The notes under the pieces are model-generated. The model ran no database searches, was not told the DNA's origin, and saw nothing but the letters and a program-made list of their open reading frames with translations. Below, piece by piece: positions 11,057 to 20,466 of a stretch of 64,000 bases of DNA; position 1 is the first letter of the stretch; each line of letters opens with the position of its first letter. Source of the stretch: Rickettsiales bacterium (GTDB lineage Bacteria > Pseudomonadota > Alphaproteobacteria > UBA8366); NCBI GenBank assembly GCA_002724555.1, contig PBOZ01000030.1, forward strand, positions 7,799 to 71,798. The letters are read 5' to 3'. A program made the translations under genes and the position numbers.

Positions 11057-11689
11057 TTATTTCCCCAACCGCACCGCGGTTTTGGCGTCTGCCGCAACCG
11101 TCCGCTCATAGGACGGAATTGCAGTTACCCGGTCGAATAAACCTTGCGCATAACTTGGCAAATCCGCCGTAACCATTCGGCAATATCCACGCATTGTATA
11201 GCAGATGCTGAGATCCGCAGCACTCATCGTATCACCTAAGAGGTAAGGCCGGTCCGCAACTGCGACATCGATAGCTTTAAGAGCCGAGGTCGCACGGCTT
11301 TTCATCTCTGCAACAACATCGTCGAGTTCTGGATTAAACTCACGACGGTGATTCACAATTTCACCAAGCGGGCGTGCGAAGGTCGCTTCAGCAAACCAAC
11401 ACCATTGCAGGTAATGCGCATAGACCGAATCATTCTTCAGAGGCTGAAGTTTGCCATCGCCATAGCGGTCGAGCACATATTGCATCATTGCGCAGGACTC
11501 GAACATCTTCATTTCACCATCTTTCATAACGGGCACTTTACCCGTTGAATTCATCGCTCGCCATTCCGGACGTGCACGATTTTCCGCCGAAAAATCGACT
11601 GGCTCGATCTCATACGGCACGCCTAACTCTTCGCAGGCCCAAATAACACGAAACCCGCGGGTTCCAGGGGAATGATAAATTTTTAGCAT
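11057..11689 (-). CDS. Glutathione S-transferase family protein
   Basis: GKVPV, FESCAM and SAADL GST motifs. Confidence 0.9.
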   Translation of the reverse strand: MLKIYHSPGTRGFRVIWACEELGVPYEIEPVDFSAENRARPEWRAMNSTGKVPVMKDGEMKMFESCAMMQYVLDRYGDGKLQPLKNDSVYAHYLQWCWFAEATFARPLGEIVNHRREFNPELDDVVAEMKSRATSALKAIDVAVADRPYLLGDTMSAADLSICYTMRGYCRMVTADLPSYAQGLFDRVTAIPSYERTVAADAKTAVRLGK

Positions 11690-11756
11690 GATCCTAGGCC
11701 TTCCAAAAAGTTGCGTTAGTCCAGTTCAATCACGGAATTAAGTGTTTCGAATTGCT

Positions 11757-12599
11757 TTAAACGACAGGGCTTCCGGCAATTTGGATACGCCGCATCAGAC
11801 GCTCCGCATGACGGACATCGTGGACGGCAATATGCTTGACGCACCTGTTATCCCAGAACGCAAGCGATCCTTTCTCCCAGCGAAAGCGGCAAGTAATTTC
11901 CGGGCGGTGGCCCCACTCCATGAGCCAATCGAGAAGTGGTGCACTCTCTTGCTCCGTCATCCCCTCAAATGCAACTGAATAGGAATGATTGACAAAAAGA
12001 CATTTCCGGCCTGTTTCCGGATGAGTGCGAATCACGGGATGGCTGTTCTTCGTCTCTCGCCATGCATCGTCGAGGCGGACAGCGGTGGACCGTTTGAATT
12101 TAGCTACCCGCGAACCCGGACCAGCAACCTTACGGTCGGTATGAATGCAACGCATTTCGCCAAGCAATGCCTTCATGCCTTCGGAGAGGCTTTCATAAGC
12201 GAGATACTGATTGGCAAAGAGCGTATCTCCACCATAATCTGGCACATCAAGGGCATAAAGTAAGGCACCCATCGGCGGCTCTGCCATCATCGTTGTGTCA
12301 GTGTGCCAATCCTCGCCGACGATCAACTCGTCCGTTGGCTTCCGATGGATGGTCACTACTTCCGGGTCATGGTCGCCCGTATTAAAGTTGGGGTGAATAA
12401 AGATTTCGCCAAACCGCCTTGCCAGGCATTTGTGCTGTTCGATGCTAATCTCCTGATCACGAAAGAAGATGACGCAGTAATCCAGTAAAGCTTGGCGAAT
12501 CTCTGCAATTACGTTTGCACTCAAATTTTTGCCAAGATCGACGCCAGAAATCACCGCCCCGATGGCGCTGGAAAGTGGCTTAATAGAGATTGTTGTCAT
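11757..12599 (-). CDS. TauD/TfdA family 2-oxoglutarate-dependent dioxygenase
   Basis: WHTD, GGDTLF, HPVIRTHPETGRK and WDNRCVKH motifs. Confidence 0.93.
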   Translation of the reverse strand: MTTISIKPLSSAIGAVISGVDLGKNLSANVIAEIRQALLDYCVIFFRDQEISIEQHKCLARRFGEIFIHPNFNTGDHDPEVVTIHRKPTDELIVGEDWHTDTTMMAEPPMGALLYALDVPDYGGDTLFANQYLAYESLSEGMKALLGEMRCIHTDRKVAGPGSRVAKFKRSTAVRLDDAWRETKNSHPVIRTHPETGRKCLFVNHSYSVAFEGMTEQESAPLLDWLMEWGHRPEITCRFRWEKGSLAFWDNRCVKHIAVHDVRHAERLMRRIQIAGSPVV

Positions 12600-12763
12600 G
12601 GCAATATCCGTTAAGTCTTATCGGTCTGAAAACAAACCCCATACCGACTAATGTATGAAAATTTCATTGTATTTTTTATTCCGCCGAAATTTTGCTGAAA
12701 CACAACAACTCTTTAAACGCAAATTAGCAAAATCGAAATGCTAAACATCCGATTCCATCTAGG

Positions 12764-14311
12764 CTATCTTGTAGCCAATACGGCGATCTCACCAACGACC
12801 CGCACCCGAGCCCTGACAGCATTACCAGGCAGATATGCAAGAGGCAGGTCTTCAACGTCGACCACTTCAAGCGTCGAAGGGTCAGCGCCAGCAAAAATCG
12901 CTCTATCACGCGCCATACGCTCGGCTTCCAACAAAAGTTCGTCGCGGGGCACGTCCCGGAAAACATGGTCCACTTCTCCACTTACCTGCGCCATAGCTGC
13001 GCCTACAGCATTAGCGACACCATGGTGAGGCACGCAGACGACTTCTGAAATACCATTCATTTCTTCGGGTGCAAGGACTGCGCCGCCGCCGACCGTAAGA
13101 AGTGGCTGTAAATTAGCGTTCGGCTTCATGCGATCTACACTTTCGAATATGCGCCGCTCTACTTCTTCGATTGTATTCTGAACCAGTTCGTAATCCAAAT
13201 GTCGCACCGCACGTCGGTCGCCAATCTCCGCCAGGCCGGCTGCCACGGCAATGTCCGTTAAAGTGATCGTATTCCCACCAAAGACGAGGGCTGCTTCAGT
13301 TAAATTATAACCAACGCTCGTAGGGCCAATTTGCCCCGTTTTAGCATTGACAATTGTGCCACCGCCAAGGGCGATTGACGTGACGTCCGGCATCCGGAAA
13401 AGGGTCCGCACACCTCCAATTTCAACAATATTGTTAGCCTCACGTGGAAACTTGCCAACAAGGCATCCGACATCACTTGTAGTACCACCAATATCGAGGA
13501 CCATCGCATTCTCAATACCAGCGAGGAACGCTGCACCCCGCATGCTATTAGTCGGGCCCGACGCAAAACTCAAAACTGGCTCACGCCGCGCAACATCGAC
13601 GGAAGCAACCGTACCGTCATTCTGCGTGATGTAGAGTGGGGCTGTAAGCCCACACTCCTTAAGCGCGTCTTCAAAAGCCGAAATGGTGAGGTCGGCAAGA
13701 TCGGCAAGGCTCGCATTCAAAAGGGTAACATTCTCCCGTTCGAGAAGGCCGATCCGGCCCAATTTGCTCGACAGAGTAATTCGCAGATTCGGCACTTCGC
13801 TCATAAGAATTTCGGCAGCTCGTTCCTCGAATTCAGCAGTGAGGGGCGAGAAAACAGACGTAACACCGACCGCATCGATGCCATCGGCCCTTATACTTCG
13901 GGCCGCTTCCACGATGGCCTTTTCGTCAAGCGACACGATCGGCTGGCCATTGTATTCGTGCCCACCTTCAATCAAATACACACCACCATTAACAAGTGCT
14001 GCAAGGTCTTCCGGCCAATCAACCATCGGTCGTAAACTGGCGCAAGCCGGCAAACAAATGCGGAGTGCTGCCGCCCGGTTAAGATGACGACGTTGCACCA
14101 CCGCATTGACAAAATGCGTCGTCCCAATCATCACGGCTACGACTTCCCTCACTTGATCGCCATGGGCTGCAACCAAGTCGCGCAGCGCTTTTGTGATCCC
14201 CGAGGTTACATCATCAGTTGTCGGTGTTTTCTTGCCGCCAAGCACCCTACTACCGTCGATCAATACCGCATCCGTATTAGTGCCGCCTACATCAATGCCG
14301 ATCCGGATCAT
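12764..14311 (-). CDS. Hydantoinase/oxoprolinase family protein
   Basis: IGIDVGGTNTD, SGPTNS, DIGGTTSD and ANAVGAA motifs. Confidence 0.9.
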   Translation of the reverse strand: MIRIGIDVGGTNTDAVLIDGSRVLGGKKTPTTDDVTSGITKALRDLVAAHGDQVREVVAVMIGTTHFVNAVVQRRHLNRAAALRICLPACASLRPMVDWPEDLAALVNGGVYLIEGGHEYNGQPIVSLDEKAIVEAARSIRADGIDAVGVTSVFSPLTAEFEERAAEILMSEVPNLRITLSSKLGRIGLLERENVTLLNASLADLADLTISAFEDALKECGLTAPLYITQNDGTVASVDVARREPVLSFASGPTNSMRGAAFLAGIENAMVLDIGGTTSDVGCLVGKFPREANNIVEIGGVRTLFRMPDVTSIALGGGTIVNAKTGQIGPTSVGYNLTEAALVFGGNTITLTDIAVAAGLAEIGDRRAVRHLDYELVQNTIEEVERRIFESVDRMKPNANLQPLLTVGGGAVLAPEEMNGISEVVCVPHHGVANAVGAAMAQVSGEVDHVFRDVPRDELLLEAERMARDRAIFAGADPSTLEVVDVEDLPLAYLPGNAVRARVRVVGEIAVLATR

Positions 14312-15399
14312 GGCAATTGGCCATCAAAGACGGATTTAAACTCAAGATCAAAGCCGAAGGCGCGCGGGCCAACATTGGCGAGACCTTTCGGGCTAAGAAA
14401 CACATTCGGGCTTGGCAGCGCCAAAACGGTAACCCGTTGGCCATACCGGATCACATCGGTACCAATTCCATCGCCACTAACCCTGTCGACAACGCAGATT
14501 AGATCCGGCGTCATCACGATAGGTTTGGCATCTCTGTAACCCACCGAAAACTCATTCTGGAAATGCACAGTGAACGTCTCGTTCACGTTACCATCAAGCC
14601 CTTCGATCCGCGCCTGGCCCCGCAGAAAACCTTCGGTCGCGCGCCGCTCTACATCGACGACCTTGCCATCAAACAGCCGAAGTCCGCCACCAATTTCAAC
14701 GATGGCTTCGACAGGGTCTGCGTGGACACGCCGCGCTTCCATCACGGCGACGCCCAGATCGATGGCTTTTGTCGTAGTGTAGTGGATTGCGTGATCTTTC
14801 ACTTCGCGCCCGGTACGCGGTGCCTTGCAGGTCGCAGCGATCGAGCCCACCTCGGCACAGGCCTTCCGGCTAATCCGTTCCATCCATTTCCAGCTGGCCG
14901 CTCGCGGAATAATTACTTCATTATCGCGGATATCAGCGAGCGCCAGCGGATAACATTGGAGACCCGCCACAGCGACGCTAGTCATCTGCGCTTCCGGATA
15001 AGCTCGGCCCATCGTGTCCGCATCAACTACAGGATAGCCGGTCAGCGCTGCCACCATCAGCGGGTGAACACCATTGCCACCCCCGATTTCAAGCGGCATC
15101 ACTGCATCAAACTTCCGTCCGAGGTAGGCCTCCATAGCGTGCAGGGGCTTTGTCGCAAATGCCGGGTCGGCCAACCGTTCTTGACCTACCAATGGTGCGC
15201 CCATATTGGAGAGCACAGCTACCAGTGCACTGTCAGGCAAGCTCATCGGATCAATCAGTGTGACTTCGTGACCCTCCCTATAAAGCTCCCGCATATTGAG
15301 AAGCCGGTGGTACGGTGTCCCACCACCACCAGTACCAAGAATCCAAGCGCCCAACGCTAGCGCTTCGATATCGTCGGACGTGAGAATTCGGGGATACAC
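14308..15399 (-). CDS. DUF917 family protein
   Basis: LGTGGGG, EIGGGNG, DADTMGRAYPE, FQNE and PDLI motifs; ATGA overlap with the hydantoinase. Confidence 0.9.
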   Translation of the reverse strand: MYPRILTSDDIEALALGAWILGTGGGGTPYHRLLNMRELYREGHEVTLIDPMSLPDSALVAVLSNMGAPLVGQERLADPAFATKPLHAMEAYLGRKFDAVMPLEIGGGNGVHPLMVAALTGYPVVDADTMGRAYPEAQMTSVAVAGLQCYPLALADIRDNEVIIPRAASWKWMERISRKACAEVGSIAATCKAPRTGREVKDHAIHYTTTKAIDLGVAVMEARRVHADPVEAIVEIGGGLRLFDGKVVDVERRATEGFLRGQARIEGLDGNVNETFTVHFQNEFSVGYRDAKPIVMTPDLICVVDRVSGDGIGTDVIRYGQRVTVLALPSPNVFLSPKGLANVGPRAFGFDLEFKSVFDGQLP

Positions 15400-15543
15400 A
15401 GAGGCCTCAAGCTGAAAGTAATACGAGTAATAATAGCGGGCACGGTCGTCGCTTCAAATCACGCGGCCAAAATCCGAAGATACCCTTGTCCTCGCTCTAC
15501 CAAGGTCGACATCCTTAACGTTATAGAATGATGGAGATTATGG

Positions 15544-15894
15544 ATGGCTTGGACGAGGATGGTTATAGAGATCGGTATGGGAACCGATATTCGGGGTACC
15601 GAACCCACAAAGGCAGCGGTGCGCGCATTGCGCGATGCGCTATGGCACAACTCGCTCAGCATAGCCAATGCCATTGGGCAGGATACCGACGCAATGAGGG
15701 TCGAGGTTAAAATTGGAGTCCCAAACCCGGAAAAAGTAGACGCCAAAAAGGTTATCGACATTCTGCCGCATGGAACGGGCACCTGCGAGGTGGTGGAAGG
15801 TGGCCTCAAAATTCCGAATGACACCGGCACCGATAATACACTAATCGCCCATGCCGCTGCTGTTGTCTATCTCGATCTGGCGGAGGGAGAATAG
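15544..15894 (+). CDS. Lin0512 family protein
   Basis: IEIGMGTDIRG..TKAAVRALRDALWHNS and LPHG...GGL motifs. Confidence 0.85.
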   Translation: MAWTRMVIEIGMGTDIRGTEPTKAAVRALRDALWHNSLSIANAIGQDTDAMRVEVKIGVPNPEKVDAKKVIDILPHGTGTCEVVEGGLKIPNDTGTDNTLIAHAAAVVYLDLAEGE

Positions 15895-15896
15895 TC

Positions 15897-16235
15897 ATGG
15901 CTTTACATCGTGCGATCCTAGAGATGGGCACCGGAAACGACCTCCATGGCGGAGACTACACGAAAGCGGCCATCCGCGCTGTAGAGGATGCATTGCATCA
16001 CTCATCTCTGACCTTTATCCGCGCGCTTAACATCGATAAGGACACGCTGCAGGTCGACGTAACCATCGGCGTGCAGAAACCTGAAGAGGTTAATACCCAA
16101 CAGGTGAAAGCCGCTCTCCCGGTCGGGAAAGTTTCCGTGCAAACCGTTAAAGGCGGGCTAGATGTAGAGGACGAGATCGCCGGCGACATTGTAGTAGTCG
16201 CCAGTGCCGCCATCGAAGTTCGTATAGAACGCTAG
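15897..16235 (+). CDS. Lin0512 family protein (second copy)
   Basis: LEMGTGNDLHGGDYTKAAIRAVEDALHHSS and LPVG...KGGL motifs. Confidence 0.87.
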   Translation: MALHRAILEMGTGNDLHGGDYTKAAIRAVEDALHHSSLTFIRALNIDKDTLQVDVTIGVQKPEEVNTQQVKAALPVGKVSVQTVKGGLDVEDEIAGDIVVVASAAIEVRIER

Positions 16236-16308
16236 ACATTCACGTCCCGATTTTTGATTTTGGAAAAGCGGTCTAACTCTCTTTACAGCAAAATTCGCGG
16301 GGGGCGTC

Positions 16309-17010
16309 ATGACAACGTTTTTATTGATCCACGGATCCTTTCAAGGTGGCTGGATTTGGCGGCCAACAGCAGAGGCCTTGCGCGCGAAAGGCCATACGGT
16401 CTACGCGCCCACAATGGAAGGCTGTGCCGAACGGAAGCATGCCCTTCGTGCCGGGCTCACCGTGACAAGTGCCGGGCAGGAGATGGCCGAATTACTACGC
16501 TATGAGGACCTGAACGACATCGTCTTGGTCGGCACCAGTTCTGGCGGCATGATCGCGGCAAAGACGGCCGAGCTCGCAAAAAGCAGGATTAGCCGTCTCA
16601 TCTTCGTCGACGCCCTAGTGCCGAAGTCGGGTGAAAGCACGAAGGACATCGTACAGCGCGGCAATGCCGATCCCTATGAAATGACGGAGTTTGCACGTGG
16701 GCCTACCCAGAATGACCTTGCAAACCGGCTTTTTGCAGAACTCGAGGGGACACAAAAGGATTGGACCCTGAAGCGTGCGACACCGCACCCAAACGGTTTA
16801 TCGGACGTAACCCCTAATGAATTGAAAACGTTTTGGTCATATAACTGGCCAAACAGTGCCGTTATCTACTGTATCCACAGTGAAAACCCACCAGAGGACC
16901 ACCAACGCCGCACAGCAGAAGCCCTGAATGCCCAGTGGATCGAAATGGATGCGGGTCACTACCCAATGTTAACCCACGGCGAAGAACTGGCTAACCTTCT
17001 CGCCAGCTAA
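16309..17010 (+). CDS. Alpha/beta hydrolase (esterase-like)
   Basis: HGSFQGGW, GTSSGG nucleophile elbow, AGHYP catalytic His. Confidence 0.88.
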   Translation: MTTFLLIHGSFQGGWIWRPTAEALRAKGHTVYAPTMEGCAERKHALRAGLTVTSAGQEMAELLRYEDLNDIVLVGTSSGGMIAAKTAELAKSRISRLIFVDALVPKSGESTKDIVQRGNADPYEMTEFARGPTQNDLANRLFAELEGTQKDWTLKRATPHPNGLSDVTPNELKTFWSYNWPNSAVIYCIHSENPPEDHQRRTAEALNAQWIEMDAGHYPMLTHGEELANLLAS

Positions 17011-17037
17011 TCAAAAGAGTTCAAAGAGGATAGCGCC

Positions 17038-18222
17038 ATGACGCTCGAACCCGCATCAACAGTATTATCAAAATACAAAGTCCTTGATCTCACGCGCGCG
17101 CGCGCTGGGCCAACGGCAGTCAAGCAACTGGCAGATTGGGGTGCTTCAGTTATCAAAATTGAATTACCTGACACCGGCGGGCCTTCTGATTTTGCGGAAC
17201 GCCATTCCCCGGACTTTCAAAATCTGCATCGCAACAAGCGCTCGTTGTCACTTAATCTAAAGGAGCCAAAAGGCATTGAAATATTTAAGAAGTTAGCAGC
17301 AAACGCAGACGTTATTATTGAAAATTACCGTCCGGAAGTTAAAAACCGGCTTGGGATTGATTACGATACAATTAAGGCGATTAACCCCCGCATCATCTAC
17401 GGTAGCATTTCAGGTTTTGGCCAATCGGGACCCTACCGCGATAGACCCGGCGTCGATCCAATCATACAAGGGATGGGCGGCCATATGTGGGTCACAGGTG
17501 AACCAGGACGCGGGCCAATGCGATCCGGAGCAGCGATCTCCGACGTCACGGCCGGCTTGCTGCTCGCCAACGGCGTTTGCATGGCGCTTATCGAACGTGA
17601 AACGTCAGGCGAAGGCCAATGGGTCCACACGTCACTCATTGAAGCGATGATCTTTTTACTAGACTTCCAAGCCGCACGCTGGACCATGAAAAAGGAACTT
17701 CCCGGTCAGGTCGGCAATAACCATCCAACCAATTCTCCAATGGGCGTCTTCAAATCCTCAGACGGCTATTTCACGATCGCCCCAACACCAGGGATGTGGA
17801 AGAAATTTTGCACGGCTATCGGGCGCGAAGACCTGATCAACCACCCCGACTATGGAACCGCAACGGACCGCGCAAAAAACCGGGAAAACCTAAACGCTGA
17901 AATTGATGCTGCAACTAGCCAAAAGAAATCGATGGATTGGATCGAAGTAATGAACGAGACCGGTGTGCCGTGCGGTCCAATCTATACATTGGCGGAAACG
18001 TTCGCTGACGCTCAGGTGCAGCATATTGGGATTGCGCAATCAGTACCCTCGGATTCACTTGGCGAAGTCACGCTGATCGGACAAGCCATACACATGAGCC
18101 GAACACCGAACAGGCTTGTTGCCGGGACTGCCGAATGTGGCGCCCATACGAAAGAAATACTAACAGAACTCGGGTACGACGACGAGCAAGTTTCGAGCCT
18201 ACGAGACGCTGGCGTTGTATAG
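17038..18222 (+). CDS. Family III CoA transferase (CaiB/BaiF)
   Basis: VLDLTRARAGP, NRNK-like HRNKRS, ENYRP and SISGFGQSGP motifs. Confidence 0.92.
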   Translation: MTLEPASTVLSKYKVLDLTRARAGPTAVKQLADWGASVIKIELPDTGGPSDFAERHSPDFQNLHRNKRSLSLNLKEPKGIEIFKKLAANADVIIENYRPEVKNRLGIDYDTIKAINPRIIYGSISGFGQSGPYRDRPGVDPIIQGMGGHMWVTGEPGRGPMRSGAAISDVTAGLLLANGVCMALIERETSGEGQWVHTSLIEAMIFLLDFQAARWTMKKELPGQVGNNHPTNSPMGVFKSSDGYFTIAPTPGMWKKFCTAIGREDLINHPDYGTATDRAKNRENLNAEIDAATSQKKSMDWIEVMNETGVPCGPIYTLAETFADAQVQHIGIAQSVPSDSLGEVTLIGQAIHMSRTPNRLVAGTAECGAHTKEILTELGYDDEQVSSLRDAGVV

Positions 18223-18240
18223 AACTATGCCCTCAAAAAG

Positions 18241-18280
18241 AAAAAGCCCCGCGTGAGAAATAACCACCCGGGGCTTTTTT
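18241..18280. terminator. Bidirectional rho-independent terminator
   Basis: AAAAAGCCCCG...CGGGGCTTTTTT between the convergent CoA transferase and cspA genes. Confidence 0.8.
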
Positions 18281-18296
18281 GTAACTTAGAACGTTT

Positions 18297-18506
18297 CTAG
18301 TCTGCGAGCTTCAAATTCTCTGCCGAAGACTTACCGTTGCGGCCCGGCTCCAAATCAAAAGAAACCTTCTGACCTTCATTTAATCCATTCAGGCCCGCAC
18401 GCTCGACCGCTGATATGTGCACGAACGCGTCTTTGCCACCATCATCCGGCTCGATGAACCCATAACCTTTGGTCGGGTTGAACCACTTTACTGTACCAGT
18501 CGCCAT
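18297..18506 (-). CDS. cspA: Cold-shock protein
   Basis: [18 protein letters not shown] (RNP1) and AFVHIS (RNP2); ATG at 18506 with a GAGG RBS. Confidence 0.95.
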   Translation of the reverse strand: MATGTVKWFNPTKGYGFIEPDDGGKDAFVHISAVERAGLNGLNEGQKVSFDLEPGRNGKSSAENLKLAD

Positions 18507-18681
18507 AATCTTTACCTCTAACAATGTAAATTCCGGTCATGAGATCACTCTCATATTTCCGGCGTGCCAACGCTCACAATGTCAGGGGAAACCAAGCAAA
18601 CCCAAGCATGGGTTATTAGATATCTCTAACCATCTGCGAAACGTATCGAGTCACTTATAACGCAAATGCCAAAAAATTCAA
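18507..18681 (-). promoter_or_regulatory. Putative sigma70 promoter and long 5' UTR of cspA
   Basis: TTGAAT (18681-18676) and TATAAG (18659-18654) with a 16-nt spacer, giving a ~140-nt leader as is typical of cold-shock genes. Confidence 0.5.
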
Positions 18682-18746
18682 GGTATACACTTCATTGATT
18701 CTCACTTGGCTCATCGAACTGCTATTTAGAACCTTAGCACTGATAT

Positions 18747-19160
18747 TTAAGTGGAGTGCACTGATACCGACCCCTCAGCGGGATTGACTGTTACCCTATC
18801 GCCGGTATGAATTATTTGGGTGATGTCCATTTCAAAACGGTCAATCATCGGGAAATCAGCAAAGGCTGCGCCCTGTGCCATAATTGGGTTGGCGTAATTA
18901 AGCAAAAGCGCAAGCGGGGCCACACCTGTCTCCATCATCGCGCGAAGCATCCAAGCTGTTGCCACGCCGCCTTTTGCTATATTGAGCACCAACACCTTAC
19001 CGTCATAACTCTGCCCATATAGCGCATGGCTTTCTCGTGAAAATGTGCCATTAATGCGATCTAAATCATATCGTGCACTAAAATTATCCTGCGCAACAAG
19101 CGCCTCGCCGGTCACGGTAGCACCTATGCCGATATGTCCCTTGATCACACGTACGCTCAT
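18747..19160 (-). CDS. Aconitase X swivel-domain subunit (DUF126)
   Basis: GEALV, HALYGQSYDGKVLV, NPIMAQGA and TGDRVTV motifs; ATGA overlap with the large subunit. Confidence 0.85.
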   Translation of the reverse strand: MSVRVIKGHIGIGATVTGEALVAQDNFSARYDLDRINGTFSRESHALYGQSYDGKVLVLNIAKGGVATAWMLRAMMETGVAPLALLLNYANPIMAQGAAFADFPMIDRFEMDITQIIHTGDRVTVNPAEGSVSVHST

Positions 19161-20404
19161 TGGACGATTCTCCCTGCAACAGCAGATGCGACGCAATTCT
19201 CCATAGAAGACAACACCGGTTCATAACCGTACCCACCAAGAATATTTACGATCTTAGCCGAATTACTCATCAGCCGCCGCCATCCGTTCGCTTCTCCAAT
19301 CTCGCGCGCGTGCATATTATAAAAACAAACTCCTTCGAGAACGATACCGCCTGCATCCTCGATCTGAGCGGTGATACCCATCCTATCACAAGACTCCTTA
19401 ACCGCTGGCGCCGTGCAGGCAATCAATGCGACCTTCTCTGAGACACGCTGGTGATCAAGCAGATGGCCAAGCCGCCGCATCTCATCGAGAGACAGTTGCG
19501 GTGCTGCAAAAACCACGACATGAAGCACATCGTCGTTCGGTAAATATCTGCCGTAAAACCCTTTGACAGCTGCTTGATCCAACAAACGAGCGGTAGGCGG
19601 TGTACCGTCGACCACATCTCTTAAGTCTCGCGCCTCAGGCGTCACGCCAACCATATGAAATAGCGGTGTTGAGCCAAAAGATGCAAGTGCAGCGCCGAAA
19701 TGTTTGAGTTCATCAGAAGTCGGCATCGATTCAATTCCATCAATTACCGGTACCTCCCAATAGGATTGCATCTCCCGTCCAACAAGGCCGCCAAGCACTC
19801 CCCAATCGCTGTATGTTGTTGGCTGTGCTGCAATCTGGAATAGCGTCGTACCGCGGCGGCACGCGTCGAGATGATATCCGTAGCGCGGCGTATGGCCCGT
19901 TAAGGCCGCCGCTAACGCAGACGGTCCCCCTTCAAAATTAGTACGCGCCCCGAGTACACTATTTGTATAAATGCTTGATCCTGTGTCACCGAAAGCAACA
20001 TGCTCTCCAAAGACTGGCGGCATAAACACCTGATAGTTAATACAGGTATCGGTCATCATTACGTCGAGGAGACGGAGGGCGTTGACAGCACGCCGCTCAA
20101 GACCAATAAACCGTTCATCATGCCGAATGCGCTTAAAAGAATTAAAATCAGCCCCACGCGGGTCGGTGACTGTCGGCACGCGGACGCAGCGGTCTTTTTT
20201 CGGATAGGACGCTGTTTCTTCTAAAAAACGCACACCGGCTTCACCCAAGGCCTCCGTATCCGCCATAATATGCACGTGTCCTATTTCGACCGTGTCCTCG
20301 GCATCGAAGAAGCGACCGACCTGTAGCTGATGTTCCACCGCCTGGCGTCGTGGCTCGCCCATCTTTCCCGCCAACATTTCCTGTTCGATTTCGCTCAGTT
20401 TCAT
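19157..20404 (-). CDS. Aconitase X catalytic subunit (DUF521)
   Basis: EQEMLAG, NSVLGARTN, ALTGHTP.YG, HMVGVTPEA and NSAK motifs. Confidence 0.9.
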   Translation of the reverse strand: MKLSEIEQEMLAGKMGEPRRQAVEHQLQVGRFFDAEDTVEIGHVHIMADTEALGEAGVRFLEETASYPKKDRCVRVPTVTDPRGADFNSFKRIRHDERFIGLERRAVNALRLLDVMMTDTCINYQVFMPPVFGEHVAFGDTGSSIYTNSVLGARTNFEGGPSALAAALTGHTPRYGYHLDACRRGTTLFQIAAQPTTYSDWGVLGGLVGREMQSYWEVPVIDGIESMPTSDELKHFGAALASFGSTPLFHMVGVTPEARDLRDVVDGTPPTARLLDQAAVKGFYGRYLPNDDVLHVVVFAAPQLSLDEMRRLGHLLDHQRVSEKVALIACTAPAVKESCDRMGITAQIEDAGGIVLEGVCFYNMHAREIGEANGWRRLMSNSAKIVNILGGYGYEPVLSSMENCVASAVAGRIVQ

Positions 20405-20466
20405 TCTATTTCCCGTTGAGTATTCAACCGCCCTCTGGGGCGAAAGACTATCCTATGGAGGACAGA

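Noticed and set aside
14563-15360. 265-aa plus-strand ORF, and similar long shadow ORFs such as 62885..63574 and 22314..22919
   Set aside because: They lie antisense to well-supported genes and have no protein motifs.
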